Shown here: positions 20,046 to 29,815 of the stretch, piece by piece
How the letters are laid out: every line of letters starts with the position of its first letter
How positions within the stretch are numbered: the first letter of the stretch is position 1
IMG/VR virus record: IMGVR_UViG_3300027779_002770
Location: 18,660-82,659 of that record
Strand: one strand, 5' to 3'
Source of the DNA: a virus
Length of the DNA: 64,000 bases
Notes under the pieces: model-generated
Seen by the model: only the letters and a program-made list of their open reading frames with translations
Databases searched by the model: none
What the model was told of the DNA's origin: nothing
Position numbers and translations under genes: made by a program

Positions 20046-21337
20046 TGGGAAAACCGAGTGTTTTAGTTACTGCACCTGTTGCAACAAGATCAGGATACGG
20101 GGCAAGATCAAGAGACGTTGTGCATGCATTATTAAAATTAGATAAGTATGACGTCAGTGTATTTCCTGTACCGTGGGGAACAACAGCACAAAATGCTCTA
20201 GTCATTGATAACCCTAGAGATAAAGCAATATTTGATTGTATAGTAACAAGTCAAGATGCGCTACCAAAGAATCCTGATGTTCATATACATATCGTTGTTC
20301 CAAATGAATTTATGCCAGTTGGAAAATATAATATTGGAATAACAGCCGGCCTCGAGGCAACAGCAATTCCGCAATCTTGGATCGAAGGTATTAATCGAAT
20401 GGACTTGACACTGGTAAGCTCAGTATTTAGCAAGGATGTTTGTCTGCTAACAGAGTACACTGACAAGGCTGTAAACAAAGTTATGAAAGTTGAAAAGCCA
20501 GTTGAGGTTTTATTTGAAGGAACAGATACTGATATATTTCATAAGAAAGCTTCAGGGTCAAGCTTCTCAAAGCCTATTGTTGATGTAATGAAACAAATTA
20601 AAGAGAACTGGTGCTTTTTATTTGTTGGCCATTGGCTTCAAGGACCAGAAGGACATGATAGAAAAGATGTTGCAAATCTTATTAGATCTTTTATGACAAC
20701 TTTTAGAAATAAAAAAGATACTGCGCTAATACTAAAGACATCTGGCGCAACAAATTGTGTATTAGATAGAGAAGAGTTATTACGAAAAATAAGAAATATA
20801 AAAATATCACTTGATCTCCCTGAGAGCGCGCTACCAAGTGTTTATCTATTACATGCAGATTTATATGATGATGAAGTGAATGATTTGTACAACCATCCAA
20901 AGGTAAAAGCTCATATTACATTTACACACGGAGAAGGATTTGGAAGGCCATTGCTAGAAGCAAGTCTGTCAGCTAAGCCAATTCTTGCTACAGGGTGGTC
21001 CGGACACACAGATTTTCTTAATAAAACCAATACAGTTTTATTGCCAGGCAGCATGATAGATGTTCATCCTGCTTCACTTCCAGAGAATATTTTTGTCAAA
21101 GGACAACAATGGTTTTGTGTTAATTATCCTGAGGCAGCAAGACAAATGCTAAGTGTTCGAAAAAATCATAAGGTATTTAAAGCAAAGGCTGCAAAACAAG
21201 CAATGTGGAACAAATCAAAATTTAGTTTTGATAGTATGACGAAGAGGTTAGGCAGTATATTAAATGATAATCTTCCAAAATTTACAGAAACAGTTATACC
21301 AAAGATTAACTTACCAAAATTAGAAAAAACATCATGA
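20045..21337 (+). CDS. GT-B (GT4-like) glycosyltransferase
   Basis: SGYG, FLFVG, DRK, GEGFGRPLLEA, WSGHTDF. Confidence 0.85.
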   Translation: MGKPSVLVTAPVATRSGYGARSRDVVHALLKLDKYDVSVFPVPWGTTAQNALVIDNPRDKAIFDCIVTSQDALPKNPDVHIHIVVPNEFMPVGKYNIGITAGLEATAIPQSWIEGINRMDLTLVSSVFSKDVCLLTEYTDKAVNKVMKVEKPVEVLFEGTDTDIFHKKASGSSFSKPIVDVMKQIKENWCFLFVGHWLQGPEGHDRKDVANLIRSFMTTFRNKKDTALILKTSGATNCVLDREELLRKIRNIKISLDLPESALPSVYLLHADLYDDEVNDLYNHPKVKAHITFTHGEGFGRPLLEASLSAKPILATGWSGHTDFLNKTNTVLLPGSMIDVHPASLPENIFVKGQQWFCVNYPEAARQMLSVRKNHKVFKAKAAKQAMWNKSKFSFDSMTKRLGSILNDNLPKFTETVIPKINLPKLEKTS

Positions 21338-21546
21338 TGCAACTAGGCTCATCAATTGTGAAAGCTATAAGAAAAAAGCTTGAAGGCGAAATTGAAACTC
21401 ATAAAGTTAACATTCAAATTATGCTTGAAAACACGGTTGGCATTGCTAACCATCCTAATGTTATAGAGACAATTGAAGATAAGCTTAGCATTATGGCTGC
21501 TTGTGAAGATAAAATATTAGTTTTAGAAAAATACTTTGAGGTATGA
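21334..21546 (+). CDS. hypothetical phage protein
   Basis: Coupled 70-aa helical ORF with VGIA.HP. Confidence 0.55.
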   Translation: MMQLGSSIVKAIRKKLEGEIETHKVNIQIMLENTVGIANHPNVIETIEDKLSIMAACEDKILVLEKYFEV

Positions 21547-21652
21547 ATATGATGTTAGCTATAATACCAAGCTTTATGCAAAATTGGGAAATGATCTACT
21601 TTTGTATGTTTTGCTTATTAATGATGGATTTTACAGATTGGATAGATAGAAA

Positions 21653-22099
21653 ATGGAAAAAGTAATACAATGTTTTGTGTGTGAAGATCTAGACCACTGC
21701 TTCGAAGAAGTACAAGAAGCATATAGCAGTTTTATGTGTTTTAAATGTGGCTTCATGAGTGATACAAGATTCAATAATGATCATGATAGAGAGTCTGAAC
21801 AAAATATGGCGTTGTTAATGAATAAGATTAAAGTCTTTGATGAAGTAAGAAGAATCTGGTGGTATCCCTCTGTTGTTAATATGGGTAAGTTGGGTATGAT
21901 TTTTCCTGAAGGCTCTAGCAAATATGACTGGCAATGGAAATTTGCTAAGGTCGTACCTGTTTCACAAGGTGATACTGCGGCAGAAGGTTATACTGAAAAA
22001 TTAGATATTGAAAATGCAGATACCTATAACAAAGCTGATTTTATATCAGCTATCAAAGATATGGGAATAACAAAGGATCTAAGAAATGCGAAGAATTAG
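21653..22099 (+). CDS. hypothetical protein with zinc-ribbon-like Cys pairs
   Basis: CFVC and CFKCG. Confidence 0.6.
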   Translation: MEKVIQCFVCEDLDHCFEEVQEAYSSFMCFKCGFMSDTRFNNDHDRESEQNMALLMNKIKVFDEVRRIWWYPSVVNMGKLGMIFPEGSSKYDWQWKFAKVVPVSQGDTAAEGYTEKLDIENADTYNKADFISAIKDMGITKDLRNAKN

Positions 22100-22580
22100 T
22101 TGGGCATCTTCACAGCCAGGCCAAGTTGTAAAATTTAGATACAAAGGCAAACGTCCAGGCGCAAAAGCTCGTCTTCGTGAGTGTTTTATTTTAAACCCAC
22201 AACACATGTATAAACGAAAAGATGGAAAAAGAGTAAGATTAGTTCACGCAGTGCAATTTAGTGCAGTACCTCCCAAAAAAGGAACAAGAAATCTACAAAC
22301 AAATCAAATTAGCATGATCTTAGAAGGACTATCAGATGAATTATTACTTCTAGAAAGCGGTGAAGTGGAAGCTCTTGTAAAAAACCCACCAAGAGTGACA
22401 TACCAAAAAGTTCAAAGATTGCTCAAGCAGATATCATCACCAATATACAGAACTTTTTCTTGGCAACTTCTTCAGAGAAGCGCTGTATTTGTTGTTGACG
22501 ATCTTGAGTTGACACCTGCCCTTCAAAGCAAGCTAATTTCATTCAGCCCTGATCCAAATGTTGATGAGTCTGACATATGA
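22086..22580 (+). CDS. hypothetical protein
   Basis: 164-aa ORF overlapping both neighbours. Confidence 0.55.
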   Translation: MRRISWASSQPGQVVKFRYKGKRPGAKARLRECFILNPQHMYKRKDGKRVRLVHAVQFSAVPPKKGTRNLQTNQISMILEGLSDELLLLESGEVEALVKNPPRVTYQKVQRLLKQISSPIYRTFSWQLLQRSAVFVVDDLELTPALQSKLISFSPDPNVDESDI

Positions 22581-23212
22581 TTTCAATAAGTTACGCGGTT
22601 ACAACACATAATGAACATAAAGAGATAGAAGAGCTTATACCTTTTATACTAAATAATAAAGATAAAGAAGATGAGCTAGTTATCCTTGATGATTATTCCA
22701 GCTATGAGACATGGCGAGTATTTGATGAGTACATTCATATTCCAGATGCAAATATTAAATTTGTAGAACGTGGATTTCATGGAGACTTTTCTACACATAA
22801 AAATTTTATGAATGATCAATGCAGTGGAGATTGGATTGTTAATATTGATGCCGATGAAATGCCAAATAAATTTTTAATGTCAAATATTAAGGGTTTACTA
22901 GAGGCGAATCCAGAAGTTGAATTATTTTGGGTGCCAAGAGTGAATACTGTCAAGGGTATAACACCACAACATGCAAGACAATGGCATTATAAGATAAATG
23001 AACAGGGATGGGTTAATTGGCCAGACCCACAACAAAGAATTTATAAAAATAAAGATGATATTAAGTGGACAAGAAGAGTTCATGAACGATTAATTGGTGC
23101 AAAAAAAGATGCATTCTTGCCGTATGAAGAACAATGGTGTTTTTATCATCATAAGACAATAGAAAAACAAGAAGCACAAAATAAGTTATATGGAGACATA
23201 CAAGCTAATTGA
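22577..23212 (+). CDS. GT2 glycosyltransferase
   Basis: ISYAVTTHNE, ILDDYS, IDADE, VHE. Confidence 0.88.
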   Translation: MISISYAVTTHNEHKEIEELIPFILNNKDKEDELVILDDYSSYETWRVFDEYIHIPDANIKFVERGFHGDFSTHKNFMNDQCSGDWIVNIDADEMPNKFLMSNIKGLLEANPEVELFWVPRVNTVKGITPQHARQWHYKINEQGWVNWPDPQQRIYKNKDDIKWTRRVHERLIGAKKDAFLPYEEQWCFYHHKTIEKQEAQNKLYGDIQAN

Positions 23213-23984
23213 GTTTATAGTTCCAGAACCTTTTCGTTTTGGAAATAGAACTAATACAACAGCAGATGATTTAAGATCTGTTCGAGGTGATGTGAAAATA
23301 TCATCTAGATTAAATGAGCGTTTAAAGGGCAAGTCAGTTATTATAATAGGTCCTTCTCCATACTTACAAGGGTTAGGCAGAGGAAAAGAAATTGATAAAT
23401 TTGATGTGGTTATTAGGCTAAATAAAGGCTGGAATGTTAGCAAAGAACTACAAGCTGATTATGGAAAAAAGACGACAATGAGGTATCATTGTATGATGGA
23501 ACATGAAAGTAATGGTGGAAAATACGACATAAGTGGTATGAAAGACTATGGCGTAGAATGGTTGGCATCCCAATTTCCATATAATCTAGACTATTTCCAT
23601 GAAGATAATAAAAAATTTAGAGATCTAAATGAAAATCAAATTAATTTTCATGTTCCAGCTGATTTATTATATCACTTAAACTTACATGAAATGATGGAGA
23701 CAAGAGCAAATGTTGCAACGTCAGCAGTCTTTGATTTAATCAATTATGACATAGATCATTTACACCTATCAGGTATCTCATTTTATAGAGATGGATGGGT
23801 TGGTAATTATAAAGACGGTGCTGAAAATACAGATGATGAGGGCAATTATAAAATGGACATGAAACATATGCAGAAAGAAGGTCACGCACAGGAAGCACAA
23901 ATGCATTTACTTAAACTTTTATTATCAACGGACGACAAGTTTTCTGTTGATAATGAGATACAAAATATACTGGAGTCAAAATGA
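23190..23984 (+). CDS. GT29-like (sialyltransferase-type) glycosyltransferase
   Basis: Sialylmotif-L-like IIGPS..L...GKEIDKFDVVIRLN...DYGKKT, plus G.SFY and C-terminal H...E. Confidence 0.65.
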   Translation: METYKLIEFIVPEPFRFGNRTNTTADDLRSVRGDVKISSRLNERLKGKSVIIIGPSPYLQGLGRGKEIDKFDVVIRLNKGWNVSKELQADYGKKTTMRYHCMMEHESNGGKYDISGMKDYGVEWLASQFPYNLDYFHEDNKKFRDLNENQINFHVPADLLYHLNLHEMMETRANVATSAVFDLINYDIDHLHLSGISFYRDGWVGNYKDGAENTDDEGNYKMDMKHMQKEGHAQEAQMHLLKLLLSTDDKFSVDNEIQNILESK

Positions 23985-24955
23985 ATTCTTTAAACATACA
24001 TGATCAGAAAATATTAATTACAGGTGGCGCAGGTTATATTGGAACGGAGCTCACGAAGTTACTATTAGAAAGCGGATACTATGTCACAGTGTACGATAGG
24101 TTAATGTACGATGGTGCAGTTTTAATTCCATTTTTCAGCGATCCAAATTTCAACTTTATAAAAGGAGACATCCTAGACAAAGACAAATTATCAGATGCAA
24201 TGACAGATAAAGATGTTATTATTCATTTAGCAGCTGTTGTGGGCTATTTTGCATGTGACAAGAATAAGAACATGTCAACAGATATTAATGTACAAGGTAC
24301 ACAAAATGTACTTGACGCAATTGAACCATCTCAACTGCTATTATTCGGATCAACAGGATCAAATTACGGCAAAGTTGATGGTATATGTCTCGAGACAACG
24401 CCGTTAAACCCATCAACACTTTATGGAAGAACAAAAACAGAAGCAGAAGATATTGTAATGAATCAACATAATAATTCAATTGCGTATAGATTTGCAACAG
24501 CATTCGGTATTTCACCAAGACTTCGTATGGATTTATTAATAAATGATCTTGTGTATAAAGCTGTAACTGAGGGAGCATTAGTAATCTATCAATCAAGCGC
24601 AATGAGAACATTCATTCATGTTAGAGATATGGCGATGTCATTTTTATTTGCAATTGTAAATCATGATAAAATGTCAGGTGAAGTATACAATTGCGGATCT
24701 AATGACTTAAACTATTCAAAACGTGATATTTGTGATATGATTAAGGATAAGACTGGGTGCTATATACACTATAATGATTTTGACTATGACAAAGATAACA
24801 GAGATTATGAGGTATCGTATGACAAGTTATATGATTTGGGCTATGATATCAGTGTAAGTATTGATGAAGGGATTGATGAATTATTAAATGTTTACAATGT
24901 ACTAAATTTTGTTGATAAGAGATATTTGAATACTGGATTTCCAGAAATAAATTAA
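23981..24955 (+). CDS. NAD-dependent nucleotide-sugar epimerase/dehydratase
   Basis: ITGGAGYIG, YGRTK, RFATAFG.SPR.R.DL. Confidence 0.9.
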   Translation: MNSLNIHDQKILITGGAGYIGTELTKLLLESGYYVTVYDRLMYDGAVLIPFFSDPNFNFIKGDILDKDKLSDAMTDKDVIIHLAAVVGYFACDKNKNMSTDINVQGTQNVLDAIEPSQLLLFGSTGSNYGKVDGICLETTPLNPSTLYGRTKTEAEDIVMNQHNNSIAYRFATAFGISPRLRMDLLINDLVYKAVTEGALVIYQSSAMRTFIHVRDMAMSFLFAIVNHDKMSGEVYNCGSNDLNYSKRDICDMIKDKTGCYIHYNDFDYDKDNRDYEVSYDKLYDLGYDISVSIDEGIDELLNVYNVLNFVDKRYLNTGFPEIN

Positions 24956-24964
24956 GGAGTTATA

Positions 24965-26209
24965 ATGAAAACAATAGAGACATATTGGCCGCTAATGAAA
25001 GACTGCATAACACAGGAAGATAAAGATGAAATGCTACAGTTTATTAGCACATCAAATAGATTTACAAATGGACCTCATGTAAAAGAATTTGAGAAACAAT
25101 GGTCTGCGTGGCTGGGTGTTAAAAAATCATTATTTGTTTCCTCAGGTAGCACAGCAAATTTTTTATTGTTAGCTTCGCTTAAAGAATTATATGGATTAAA
25201 AGATGGAGATAAAGTTGTTGTTCCTGCTATAACATGGGTAACTAATATTTCACCAGTGATTCAACTAGGACTTAAACCAATTTTTTGTGATGTAGATAAA
25301 AGAACATTTTCATTTGATAAAAAAGCACTTTATAAAATTGCAAAAGAACATGATGATATAAAAGCATGTTTTGTATCACATTTATTCGGCGTCCCTGCAG
25401 AAATAGAAGATTATAAATCCATATTTAAAGATGCAGGATATGACTATGAATATGTTAAATGGATTGAAGATGTATGTGAATCACATGGAGCAGTCTGTGA
25501 CGGCCAGATGGGCGTAGCAAATGCTGGTACACTGAGTGAGGGATCAACATTTAGTTTTTATTTTGGGCATCACATGACAACAGTTGAAGGCGGAATGGTA
25601 TCAACTGACAATGAAGAGTTGTATCAAGTAATGAAAGCAAAAAGATCACATGGAATGGCGCGTGAATTAGATGAAGAATATTATGAAGCAGCTAAGAAGA
25701 AGAATCCTAAAATTCATCCAATGTTCTTATTTGTTACAGATGGCTATAATTTTAGAAATACAGAAATATATGCTGTTCTTGGCAAAAGTCAATTAAAAAG
25801 ATTGAACTCGCAAAATTTCCAACGTAAGCAAAATTATAACCGATTTTTAGAAATAATCTCTGAGTATAAGTCTTTTATACATAATGATCTTATTAAAGAA
25901 GGCGTTTCATCATTCTGTTTACAATTTATTTGTAAGACAGAAGCAATCAGAAATAAGCTTGAAAAATCTTTACAAGAAGCTGGTGTTGAAACAAGGCCAC
26001 TTTGCAGTGGAAATTTATTACGTCAACCATTTTTAACAGAATATGGTTATAAGCCAGAAGACTTCCCAAATGCAGAATATCTAGATGCGCATGGCTTTTT
26101 TATAGGAAATAATCATTTAATAACAGATGATGATTTTAATAAACTTCATGCTAATATTGATGCTGTATGCAAACAGATGTCAGAAAAAGTTACAAAATTA
26201 AACAAATAA
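24965..26209 (+). CDS. DegT/DnrJ-fold PLP enzyme, ColD/RfbH-type sugar 3-dehydratase
   Basis: SSGSTAN, EDVCESHGA, FSFYFGHHMTTVEGG with His in place of the Schiff-base Lys. Confidence 0.85.
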   Translation: MKTIETYWPLMKDCITQEDKDEMLQFISTSNRFTNGPHVKEFEKQWSAWLGVKKSLFVSSGSTANFLLLASLKELYGLKDGDKVVVPAITWVTNISPVIQLGLKPIFCDVDKRTFSFDKKALYKIAKEHDDIKACFVSHLFGVPAEIEDYKSIFKDAGYDYEYVKWIEDVCESHGAVCDGQMGVANAGTLSEGSTFSFYFGHHMTTVEGGMVSTDNEELYQVMKAKRSHGMARELDEEYYEAAKKKNPKIHPMFLFVTDGYNFRNTEIYAVLGKSQLKRLNSQNFQRKQNYNRFLEIISEYKSFIHNDLIKEGVSSFCLQFICKTEAIRNKLEKSLQEAGVETRPLCSGNLLRQPFLTEYGYKPEDFPNAEYLDAHGFFIGNNHLITDDDFNKLHANIDAVCKQMSEKVTKLNK

Positions 26210-26214
26210 AAGCC

Positions 26215-26243
26215 TTTACATTTAAACAAAAAAGGGTTAGATT
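26215..26243 (+). promoter_or_regulatory. sigma70-like phage promoter TTTACA-N17-TAGATT
   Basis: Flanks AAAAGCCTTTACA and TTAGATTCTAATACAATAA are shared with the dnaE promoter. Confidence 0.7.
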
Positions 26244-26270
26244 CTAATACAATAATCAAAGGAATACAGA

Positions 26271-26453
26271 ATGACAAGAAGAGAAGAGCTAGACACAAAG
26301 CATGAATTTTCAATTTACGGAGTGTTTAGATTTGCAGCGTACTTACTGGCTTCAATGGCCATGTACTTAGATAATTTACAAATAGCTGCAATAGCATTTG
26401 GATTTGGAGCCACACTTGGCTTTATTCGTAGGCTAGCAAGGATTTGGGAATAA
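26271..26453 (+). CDS. small membrane protein
   Basis: Two hydrophobic segments; SD AAAGGA. Confidence 0.55.
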   Translation: MTRREELDTKHEFSIYGVFRFAAYLLASMAMYLDNLQIAAIAFGFGATLGFIRRLARIWE

Positions 26454-26493
26454 TAATTACCATGAAAATAAAATACAAAAAGGAAACAACAAA

Positions 26494-26709
26494 ATGAAAT
26501 ACTATGTTGCAACAGTTATACAGGAAATAGAAGTACCGGTTGGTAACAAAGGCCAGGTGAAGACAAAGAAACTAAAAGAAGAAATTCTTGTAGGTGAATC
26601 TACATCTGTATCTATTGTCGAAAAGAAAGTTGGCGAATTGATGTCTGCTAATCCCAATGAGTGGGAACTAACGTCAGTAAGAGAATCACGCATTGTAGAA
26701 GTAATTTAA
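26494..26709 (+). CDS. hypothetical protein (DUF4494-like pattern)
   Basis: G..K.KK.KE.ILV...S...E and SV.ES.I.EVI; SD AAAGGA. Confidence 0.5.
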   Translation: MKYYVATVIQEIEVPVGNKGQVKTKKLKEEILVGESTSVSIVEKKVGELMSANPNEWELTSVRESRIVEVI

Positions 26710-26724
26710 CAAAAAGGAATTAAT

Positions 26725-26961
26725 ATGCCAAGAATGAAAAAATATGTAAGAGAGACAATAAGAAGAAAATGTCATCATTGTGGAAAGATGGCGACAAATC
26801 CGCTTGTCCACCATACAGTCCCGGGATTAATGGTTATCGGTGAGGCACCACCTACATATTCTAGAAATGCAGTGAAAACTAATCGAGTTGATTTGCGGGG
26901 TGATATGAAGATAATAACTAAAAATTATTGTAATAGAGAATGTAAACGGCTGGCAACGTGA
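26725..26961 (+). CDS. hypothetical zinc-finger protein
   Basis: CHHCG ... YCNREC. Confidence 0.5.
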   Translation: MPRMKKYVRETIRRKCHHCGKMATNPLVHHTVPGLMVIGEAPPTYSRNAVKTNRVDLRGDMKIITKNYCNRECKRLAT

Positions 26962-27977
26962 TTCACAAAGACAAATACGTAATTTATCTTTGTGGTTATA
27001 CACAGTTTGGGCATACAAATTGGTATCCGTGGAAAAAATTCTATGATGTTTTCAAGCATTTAGGCTATGAAGTATACTGGACAGAAAAAGAACAAATAAA
27101 AAAGCACACAGGAAAAAATAGAGTTTTTATTACTTGGTGCAATCCTGATACTATTGAACTTTTGAACGATAGCATTTATGAAGAAGGTGATGTAATTTTG
27201 CATAAGTTAGTTGCATTTGGTCAATATGATTCTGGCATAGAGTGGGGAAATAACATGGATGAGTGTCTAGAATTTTTTAAAAATTTTAGATGGTCGTTAT
27301 ACCAAGTTTTAGAACAAGCTTATGATGCAGGTGTTAATATATGGGGATTCGGCGCAAAAACAGAACATAAAGGTTTTGGTGAGAAAGAAAGAATTGTAGA
27401 GAAATTAAAAGATAGAATCTTTTGGATCCCATGGGGATCTAGTCTATGTACATATGATGAGGTTTATAACTCAAAACCGATTATGGACGGATTTACACAA
27501 GATCTGGGTTTTGTTGGCTCAATATGGGGAACGCCAGGAAGAGGAAATATAATGTCAGTTCAAGATTATATGGTTCCTCTTTTAGATGATCCAGAAATAA
27601 CGTCAGATCTTGGAGGTCCAGGAACAGCTAGAGGACATGTTGATGATGCAACACACATGCATATTCTAAGACATTCGCGTGTTTGTCCAATTATTAATGC
27701 ACCATCTTTTAAGGTTGAAAAAGGTGTCATGGACAGATTTTGGACAATTCATACAATAGGGAGATTTGGCGTTGCAGATACAGAAGGCGTCTATGAATTT
27801 TTTAATGAAGATGAGGTTGTATATGCAGCAACACCTGAAGAATGGAGAGATAAAGTAAAATATTACATAAAGAATGTTGATAAGCAACTTCCTTTTATAG
27901 AAAAGATACAAAAAAGAATTAGAGAAGAGTACAATTATTATCACACATGGGAAAATATTTTAAATTCTGCAAATTGA
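26958..27977 (+). CDS. putative GT-B glycosyltransferase
   Basis: LGFVGSIW, DRFW, R...EYNY C-terminal GT-B-like pattern; inside the glycan island. Confidence 0.65.
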   Translation: MIHKDKYVIYLCGYTQFGHTNWYPWKKFYDVFKHLGYEVYWTEKEQIKKHTGKNRVFITWCNPDTIELLNDSIYEEGDVILHKLVAFGQYDSGIEWGNNMDECLEFFKNFRWSLYQVLEQAYDAGVNIWGFGAKTEHKGFGEKERIVEKLKDRIFWIPWGSSLCTYDEVYNSKPIMDGFTQDLGFVGSIWGTPGRGNIMSVQDYMVPLLDDPEITSDLGGPGTARGHVDDATHMHILRHSRVCPIINAPSFKVEKGVMDRFWTIHTIGRFGVADTEGVYEFFNEDEVVYAATPEEWRDKVKYYIKNVDKQLPFIEKIQKRIREEYNYYHTWENILNSAN

Positions 27978-28012
27978 ATACTATATATATTAATGTAAAA
28001 TAAAAAGTTATA

Positions 28013-28435
28013 ATGAAATCAGAAACAGATGTTGTAAAAGTGTTGCAAGATGATGGTCTAAAAGATATAGACTGGAATACTTTAGAAAAGTATCAAAATG
28101 CAACAACCACTAATTTAGATAACCTTAGAGATGAGTTCGGATGGCATGATTCATGGGCAGTGAGAATCGCTTACAATGATGCCTTTGGTGGCGTCATAAT
28201 AAATCAACAGTCAGGAGAAGGCAATAGAAAGCATTACCATCCAGATGCAGATGAAAACTGGGTCATTCTTGATGGTGAATGGGAGTGGTGGATAGATGGA
28301 CAAGGCACAAAAAAAGTATGGCAGAATGATATCATAGTGGTTCCAAAAGGAGTACCACACCTAATAAAATGCATTAGAGGCCCAGGAGCTAGATATGCAA
28401 TAACAAAACCGGATGTAAATCATGTATACGCTTAA
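28013..28435 (+). CDS. cupin-domain protein
   Basis: HYHPDADE.W.ILDG and VP.G.PH. Confidence 0.82.
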   Translation: MKSETDVVKVLQDDGLKDIDWNTLEKYQNATTTNLDNLRDEFGWHDSWAVRIAYNDAFGGVIINQQSGEGNRKHYHPDADENWVILDGEWEWWIDGQGTKKVWQNDIIVVPKGVPHLIKCIRGPGARYAITKPDVNHVYA

Positions 28436-29171
28436 AGAAGAAAATATTGGAATGCCATATAAAAAAGCATTAGTTGTAGGTGGCAGTAAAGGAATTGGGA
28501 AAGGTATTGTAAATGCATTTCAAGGGCTTGGATACGATACATACTATTTTTCTAGAACAGAAAAGCCAAAAGAAAGAGTTCCAAGTCAAAGACCCTATCA
28601 CCATTCAACTCATATTAAAGTAGATCTAAGTTCTTCAGGAAATATCATGGCAGGATTTAAGCAATATGATAAATATGAAAGCTCGCTTGACATACTAGTC
28701 AATGCTGCAGGAATAAACTACTGTAAGCATAATGAAGAAATTTCAAATAATGAATGGGATGAAGTTTTAAATACAAATTTAAGATCGTTCTTTATTACAT
28801 GCAGAGAAGCAATAAATAGAATGCCCGCCGGCGGAAAAATAGTGAATGTATCATCAATTGCAGGGCGAAATAAAAGTATCGTTAGTGGCGTCCACTATAC
28901 AGCATCAAAGGCAGGAATCATTGGGTTAACACGCCAATTGGCACATGAAGTAGAGGACATTAATATTAATTGCGTGTGTCCGAGCCAAACACTGACTAAA
29001 ATGCTAGATAAATCAATGAATGAAAAACAAAAGAAAGAATTAGCATCAAAAATACCGCTTAAAAGATTGGCAACAGTTGATGAAATTGTTAAGCCAATTC
29101 TATTTTTATGTTCTAATGATGCAGCATATATTCACGGCGCATGTCTGGATATAAACGGAGGTCAATTATAA
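28422..29171 (+). CDS. short-chain dehydrogenase/reductase
   Basis: GGSKGIG, NAAG, SSIAG, YTASK. Confidence 0.92.
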   Translation: MYTLKEENIGMPYKKALVVGGSKGIGKGIVNAFQGLGYDTYYFSRTEKPKERVPSQRPYHHSTHIKVDLSSSGNIMAGFKQYDKYESSLDILVNAAGINYCKHNEEISNNEWDEVLNTNLRSFFITCREAINRMPAGGKIVNVSSIAGRNKSIVSGVHYTASKAGIIGLTRQLAHEVEDININCVCPSQTLTKMLDKSMNEKQKKELASKIPLKRLATVDEIVKPILFLCSNDAAYIHGACLDINGGQL

Positions 29172-29815
29172 TGATAGCTGTTATTGCTGTTAGAGCCGGC
29201 TCACAAAGAATTAAAAATAAGAATTTACAAAAATTAGGTGAGCTAACATTGTTAGAGCATAAGATTAATACTTTGTTAAAAGTCCGCGCAGCAGGATTTA
29301 TAGATAGTATTGTTGTCAATAGCGATAGTGAAGAAATGTTAAAGATAGGAGCTGATGCCGGCATTGAGACACAGAAGAGGGACGCTTATTTTGCTAGCTC
29401 AGACTGCACAAATTCTGAATTTCATAGACATATTGGTGAAGTAACAAAAGCAGATGATATATTTTTAGCGCCTGTTTGCTCACCATTTGTTACTGTAGCA
29501 ACGCATATTACTGCAATAAAATATTATCATGATAAGTCATTCGATTCACTAACATCAGTTACTGACGTAAAAAATCATTTGTGGATGGGTGGACATCCTC
29601 TAAACTATGAATTAGATAATGTACCAAATAGTCAGGATCTTCCTGATGTTGTAAAATTAAATTATGGTGTTACAATAGTAAAGAAAGAAATTATGAGAGC
29701 TCTAGGGCGAGTTGTTGGAGATAATCCTGGATTTTTAAAAATTGATGAAAAAGAATCAATTGATATTGACACACCATTTGATCTCGCAATTGCAAGGGGA
29801 ATTTTAAATGCTTAA
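29171..29815 (+). CDS. CMP-sugar synthetase / acylneuraminate cytidylyltransferase (NeuA-like)
   Basis: IAVRAGSQRIKNKN, NSDS, SPF, IDIDTPFDL; start placed at ATG 29171. Confidence 0.85.
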   Translation: MIAVIAVRAGSQRIKNKNLQKLGELTLLEHKINTLLKVRAAGFIDSIVVNSDSEEMLKIGADAGIETQKRDAYFASSDCTNSEFHRHIGEVTKADDIFLAPVCSPFVTVATHITAIKYYHDKSFDSLTSVTDVKNHLWMGGHPLNYELDNVPNSQDLPDVVKLNYGVTIVKKEIMRALGRVVGDNPGFLKIDEKESIDIDTPFDLAIARGILNA

